IMG/VR virus record: IMGVR_UViG_3300031576_000054
Location: 1-54,873 of that record
Length of the DNA: 54,873 nt
From: a virus
Lineage: Duplodnaviria; Caudoviricetes
Reading direction: 5' to 3' (one strand)
The notes under the pieces are model-generated. The model ran no database searches, was not told the DNA's origin, and was given only the letters and a program-made list of their open reading frames with translations. The position numbers were made by a program, and so were the translations under genes. How positions within the stretch are numbered: position 1 is the first letter of the stretch; each line of letters opens with the position of its first letter. Shown one piece after another: positions 51,298-54,873 of the stretch.

Positions 51298-51988
51298 CAG
51301 GCGCATCCAGCAGGGGCGGCCGTTTGCCCGCGGTCGCAAGCCAGTTGTCGAAGCCCTGATCGAACGCCTTGGTGACCTCGCTCGCGGGCACCACGACTTT
51401 CAGGACCTGCGCGCGCGTGTCGATCTTCTTGACGGCGTCGCCCATCAGGTCGGTCAGGAGTTTGATCGCGTCCTGGCGGATCCCGTGGACGTTCGTGTTC
51501 TCAATCTGCCACAGGCAAATCTGGATCCGCCAGTCCTTTGACCCGGCGACGAATCCGCGCGCAGGCAGGCCGCGGACGTAGTCGCGGAGCCTTTTCTGGT
51601 ACGACCGCTCCTTCTCGTAACGGGCCGGGTCCTGGATCTTGAGTCCGAGCCACCGGCGCGCCGTCCAGTATCCGTACTTTTGTGAGCACTCGTCGAGAAA
51701 TTGCCGGAGCGTCTGGCCGTTCTGGTCCGTGAACTCATCCAGACGGCCATCGGAAATCACCTTGTCGGTGAGTTCGCTGGTCGCCGCCTGACCGTCCGGG
51801 CCCCTGGTGTCGCTGTAGATCATGCTGTCGGTCTGGCCCATGCAGGGCTCGCCGGCTTGGTCGGCCAGGATGCGCGACGCGACCGCTTCGTAACGAGACT
51901 TCGCGGTTCCGGGCGGATTGGGCGGACGGGCGACCGATTCACCGACGGGCGGGCTGTCGGTCGGTTCGAGGCTGACGTCGGAACTCAA
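51287..51988 (-). CDS. Putative terminase small subunit
   Basis: Immediately upstream of and overlapping terL; helical C-terminal half; positional inference only. Confidence 0.5.
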   Translation of the reverse strand: MSSDVSLEPTDSPPVGESVARPPNPPGTAKSRYEAVASRILADQAGEPCMGQTDSMIYSDTRGPDGQAATSELTDKVISDGRLDEFTDQNGQTLRQFLDECSQKYGYWTARRWLGLKIQDPARYEKERSYQKRLRDYVRGLPARGFVAGSKDWRIQICLWQIENTNVHGIRQDAIKLLTDLMGDAVKKIDTRAQVLKVVVPASEVTKAFDQGFDNWLATAGKRPPLLDAPDGS

Positions 51989-52235
51989 GAACCATCTCCT
52001 TCGGGCCGATCTTCTGGTCCAGGCGACAGAAGAGACCGAGCATCAGGATCCCACCCGTGATCTTGTCCCGGAAGCGCTTGATCGCCGGCAAGGCGCACCA
52101 CGCTTCGAAGATGGGCACCCACAGGTCATAGCCGAGGCGCGCTGGCGTGAGTCGATGGTTCTCGGGGTAGTGGCCCGAGAGCGACGCGGACCACAGCCGC
52201 TCCGCGACAAACGCCGCCGCTTCGTCCAGCGTCAC
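51939..52235 (-). CDS. Hypothetical protein
   Basis: GTGA coupling. Confidence 0.5.
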   Translation of the reverse strand: MTLDEAAAFVAERLWSASLSGHYPENHRLTPARLGYDLWVPIFEAWCALPAIKRFRDKITGGILMLGLFCRLDQKIGPKEMVLEFRRQPRTDRQPARR

Positions 52236-52792
52236 GACGGAGACTCCGACTTCTTCGTCGGCTTGGAGTTGATGTCGTCGATCATCGCCGGCAGAACATG
52301 CCGCGCGACGATTTGACCGGCCTGCTCCATGGTCATGGGTCCGGGCTTTTTCGCTATCTTGTCGAAAAGCGCCGTCCGAGCCTTGAAGTTTTCCACCAAG
52401 GGAGGCACGAGGCACTCCGCCGCGATCTTGGAGACCGTCGCGAGATCCAGGACGCCGACCTTGTGGAACGCGATCGCGCCGTCCTTCGAGATCGACGCGC
52501 GACGGACCTCGAGGTTCCACTCCTCACCGCTGCGCGTCCACGACTGGATCTCGAAGATCCGCAGGCCTGCTTCCTTTTCCTCGTCGCCTTCCAGCCACGC
52601 GCGGATGAACTTCGCGCGCTGCGAGGCCGCAAGCAACGCGACCTCCGCCAGCTCGTCGGTCGAGACGACCATGACGACGACGGTCTCGCCCCGGCGAAAG
52701 GCCAAGAACAGCGGGCCGGTCAGCGGCTCGACCGTGTAGCCCTGGTCGGTCATGACGTGCCGGGCTCGGTCAAGCGCGCTGTTGTCGGCCAT
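52232..52792 (-). CDS. Hypothetical protein (186 aa)
   Basis: AGGAGG SD. Confidence 0.7.
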   Translation of the reverse strand: MADNSALDRARHVMTDQGYTVEPLTGPLFLAFRRGETVVVMVVSTDELAEVALLAASQRAKFIRAWLEGDEEKEAGLRIFEIQSWTRSGEEWNLEVRRASISKDGAIAFHKVGVLDLATVSKIAAECLVPPLVENFKARTALFDKIAKKPGPMTMEQAGQIVARHVLPAMIDDINSKPTKKSESPS

Positions 52793-52801
52793 GGCGGCCT
52801 C

Positions 52802-53170
52802 CTACGTGCACAGGATTCGGACCGGGACATCGGACGTCGGGCTCACGATTCCAGCGGTTCCGCCGACCGTGACGGTGGCGAACGAAAGGGCGGTTCCGAA
52901 AAGCGTGCCGGCCAACCCCAGCGTGTGGACCGTGCGCTTCGCGGCCTCCGTCATCAGCACGAAGTCGGGCACGCTCGTCCCGATCACCGGGGCCGCCGCA
53001 TTGTAGAGCTTGGTATACGAGGGGGCCACGTTGGCCGTGTTATCCACGTCCACTTGGAACACCGTCGAGCCGGCGCCGCGGACGTTGTTCTCGCCGGTCG
53101 CGTCGGAGTCCAGGTCGGTCACGATCGCGGCGCCGATCGGGTTGGACAGCGGAGTCGTCGTCACGGCCAT
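52802..53170 (-). CDS. Small beta-sandwich putative virion protein (122 aa)
   Basis: AAGGAG SD; Y.KLYN.AAP.IGT.VPDF...G..F.TALS.A pattern. Confidence 0.75.
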   Translation of the reverse strand: MAVTTTPLSNPIGAAIVTDLDSDATGENNVRGAGSTVFQVDVDNTANVAPSYTKLYNAAAPVIGTSVPDFVLMTEAAKRTVHTLGLAGTLFGTALSFATVTVGGTAGIVSPTSDVPVRILCT

Positions 53171-53297
53171 GCCGGGTGCTCCTTACACGTTCGAACGGAC
53201 GCGATCCTTCGGCTCGTCGGGCTCCTGCGGGCTCTTCTACTCCGCCGGCGGCTTCGTGTCAAGCCCGGGCCGCGGGTCGTCGCGCAGCAACAACTCC

Positions 53298-53522
53298 TCA
53301 CACACCGGGCAAGTCCTCCACCTCGGCGATCGCCACCCGCCGCCCCACGTCATGCCGCACTACGCGCCCGACGACAAGGACGATCTCCCCAACTCGGGTC
53401 GGCGCCCACAGCCGGTCACCGCGGTAGACCGGGTCGCCCACCACAGGCTTCCGTCGCTCGACCACGGGCTCTCCGGCAAAACCCGACCGGATCGTCGTCA
53501 GCCGAAACTCAACCGTTCGCAT
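53298..53522 (-). CDS. Hypothetical protein (74 aa)
   Basis: Purine-rich leader followed by ATG. Confidence 0.5.
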   Translation of the reverse strand: MRTVEFRLTTIRSGFAGEPVVERRKPVVGDPVYRGDRLWAPTRVGEIVLVVGRVVRHDVGRRVAIAEVEDLPGV

Positions 53523-53696
53523 CGCCTTCCACTCTCCCGTCAAACCACGCCAAGATAGCCGAAGATCCGCGCCTCCGCTTCGTCCCAAATCCTCACACCC
53601 ACCCCCGCACCCACACCGACCAAGGCCGCAAACAGCGAGTCACGTCCCCGGTCGCGAACGACTCCTGGTACGCAAGCGCATTGCGCAGCCGGCAAC

Positions 53697-54113
53697 TCAC
53701 GCCCCGTACTCCCCGTCGTCGTCCCCCTCGACCGCCACCCCAAGAAACATCACCCCACCCTTCTCCGCGTACCGCAACTTCCTCAAGTCCACCTCCCCCG
53801 CCTCCTTCATCTTCCCCCGCATCCACCGCACCAGCACCGCCAACACCTTCGGCTTCACCCACACCCGCCGCACCTTCCCGGGCCCGAGGCGCAGGACCTG
53901 CCCAAGAACCCACTCCCCGAACGCTTTCACCGCCTCGACGTCCGCCCCGGTCGCCTCCCCCACGGCATCCGCAGCCCACTCGCCAAGCTGATCCTCGAGC
54001 CCGCGCCAACGCTCGACCACCTGCCCGGCCCGCGCCGCCCTCTCCACCTCAAAACCCGCAGCGTCCGCCTCGTTCATCGCCCTCAACTGCGCCTGCGTCC
54101 GGAAGCGACCCAT
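53697..54113 (-). CDS. Hypothetical protein (138 aa)
   Basis: GGAG SD; G-ending codons. Confidence 0.65.
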   Translation of the reverse strand: MGRFRTQAQLRAMNEADAAGFEVERAARAGQVVERWRGLEDQLGEWAADAVGEATGADVEAVKAFGEWVLGQVLRLGPGKVRRVWVKPKVLAVLVRWMRGKMKEAGEVDLRKLRYAEKGGVMFLGVAVEGDDDGEYGA

Positions 54114-54118
54114 CGCGC

Positions 54119-54274
54119 TTACGCTCCGACGCCGTTGCCGACCAGCCGCCCAACCATCGAGAGCAACAGGTCGCGAAAAGGAACGGGCGTGGCATCGCGC
54201 CTCTCGTCCCAGGGATCCACGTCGGGCAGCCCGAAGTAGACCCCGTTCGTCTCAACAAACAGCGCAGCGATCAC
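54119..54274 (-). pseudogene. Internally deleted remnant of a phage methylase-like gene
   Basis: IAALFVETNGVYFGLPDVDPWDERRDA joined directly to TPVPFRDLLLS; family recalled from memory. Confidence 0.55.
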
Positions 54275-54278
54275 CCTG

Positions 54279-54482
54279 TCACCTCGCCACCTCAACCGGA
54301 TCCGCCACCACAACCGAGTACCCCGCCGCCTTCGCCCCAGCCTCCATCAGCATCCGCGCCACCGTCGCCCTCGTCGGTCGCCACCCTCCCTCCCTCCGCT
54401 TCTCCCTCTCCGCCTCCAGCACTCGCAGCATCCCCGCGCTCACCCTCACCCCAACCTGCCCCGCATCCCTCTTCTCACTCAT
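54279..54482 (-). CDS. Ribbon-helix-helix DNA-binding protein
   Basis: QVGVRVS..ML..LE...TRATVARMLMEAG; first gene after a strong promoter. Confidence 0.7.
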   Translation of the reverse strand: MSEKRDAGQVGVRVSAGMLRVLEAEREKRREGGWRPTRATVARMLMEAGAKAAGYSVVVADPVEVAR

Positions 54483-54509
54483 CCCCTCTCTCCTCAACAG
54501 ACGCTACCA

Positions 54510-54538
54510 ATAATAACATTGGGATTGTCCGATGTCAA
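54510..54538 (-). promoter_or_regulatory. Strong sigma70 promoter heading the packaging/structural operon
   Basis: TTGACA-N17-TATTAT with TGn extension. Confidence 0.85.
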
Positions 54539-54603
54539 GGCGAAAGTTGCCGGGATTCGGGCTCCCGGGCAGGCCTCTTCTTCGGAGTCCGGGCGATCGC
54601 GGG

Positions 54604-54873
54604 CCCTGCTCCATGCGCCGGTTCACGGCCGCTTCGATCACCAGCCACCGCGCTGACCTCCTGCGCGGTAAACTTCCTGAAAAAAAAATCAACCGCGTGT
54701 GGAGACAATGATGTTACGCGTGGGAGCGGCTGACCTGGTGCCGCCTTTGGACCGCCCCCGGGGGTCTGGGAATGCACGTTTTGTAGTGGAGCCGTGCATT
54801 CGCCCGTTCCGGCACCTGGACCTACGGGCTATGTAGCCCGCGCGGCTCCTACTGTGCGGGTGCGCCTGCGGAG
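54604..54873. repeat. Terminal direct repeat, right copy
   Basis: Direct copy of 1-270; implies a complete (circularisable or DTR-ended) genome. Confidence 0.95.

Larger units (their letters stand above)
1..54873. mobile_element. Complete tailed bacteriophage genome, podovirus-type virion
   Basis: Terminase, portal, scaffold, capsid, adaptor, nozzle and ejection genes; no tail tube or tape measure; terminal repeat. Confidence 0.93.

Noticed and set aside
52298-54733. 811-aa + strand ORF
   Set aside because: Pro/Ser-rich shadow of real - strand genes, caused by the C-rich skew; no SD or domain.

Overview
The window looks like one complete ~54.6-kb high-GC tailed-phage genome with a short-tailed (podovirus, P22-like) virion. 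It is bounded by a 270-bp imperfect terminal direct repeat (1-270 = 54604-54873). A short + strand arm (799-4964) holds small hypothetical genes separated by long hairpins, follows a sigma54-type promoter, and ends in an RHH gene and a catalytic-domain-only tyrosine recombinase. Everything else is on the - strand. The packaging/head/tail operon has terminase, portal, scaffold, major capsid, decoration proteins, adaptor, nozzle, ejection proteins, tailspike and LamG protein, followed by a lysis-position cluster and an HNH endonuclease. The recombination/replication operon has a RecE-like nuclease, AAA ATPase, MmcB-like and RusA-like nucleases, DUF5662, a DNA methylase, an initiator with internal iterons and a T7-gp4-like primase-helicase. 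No DNA polymerase, endolysin, tRNA, CRISPR array or reverse transcriptase was recognised. Most notable: (1) an apparently circularly permuted Maf/DUF115-type protein inside the virion operon, suggesting virion glycosylation; (2) a 2485-aa ejection protein carrying a Strawberry-notch-type helicase; (3) a sigma54 promoter with phased upstream repeats but no phage-encoded activator; (4) two candidate structured ncRNAs delimited by promoter and terminator; (5) hidden tandem zinc-finger membrane paralogs in a lysis region lacking an endolysin. All family calls come from motif recognition by eye, not from database searches.
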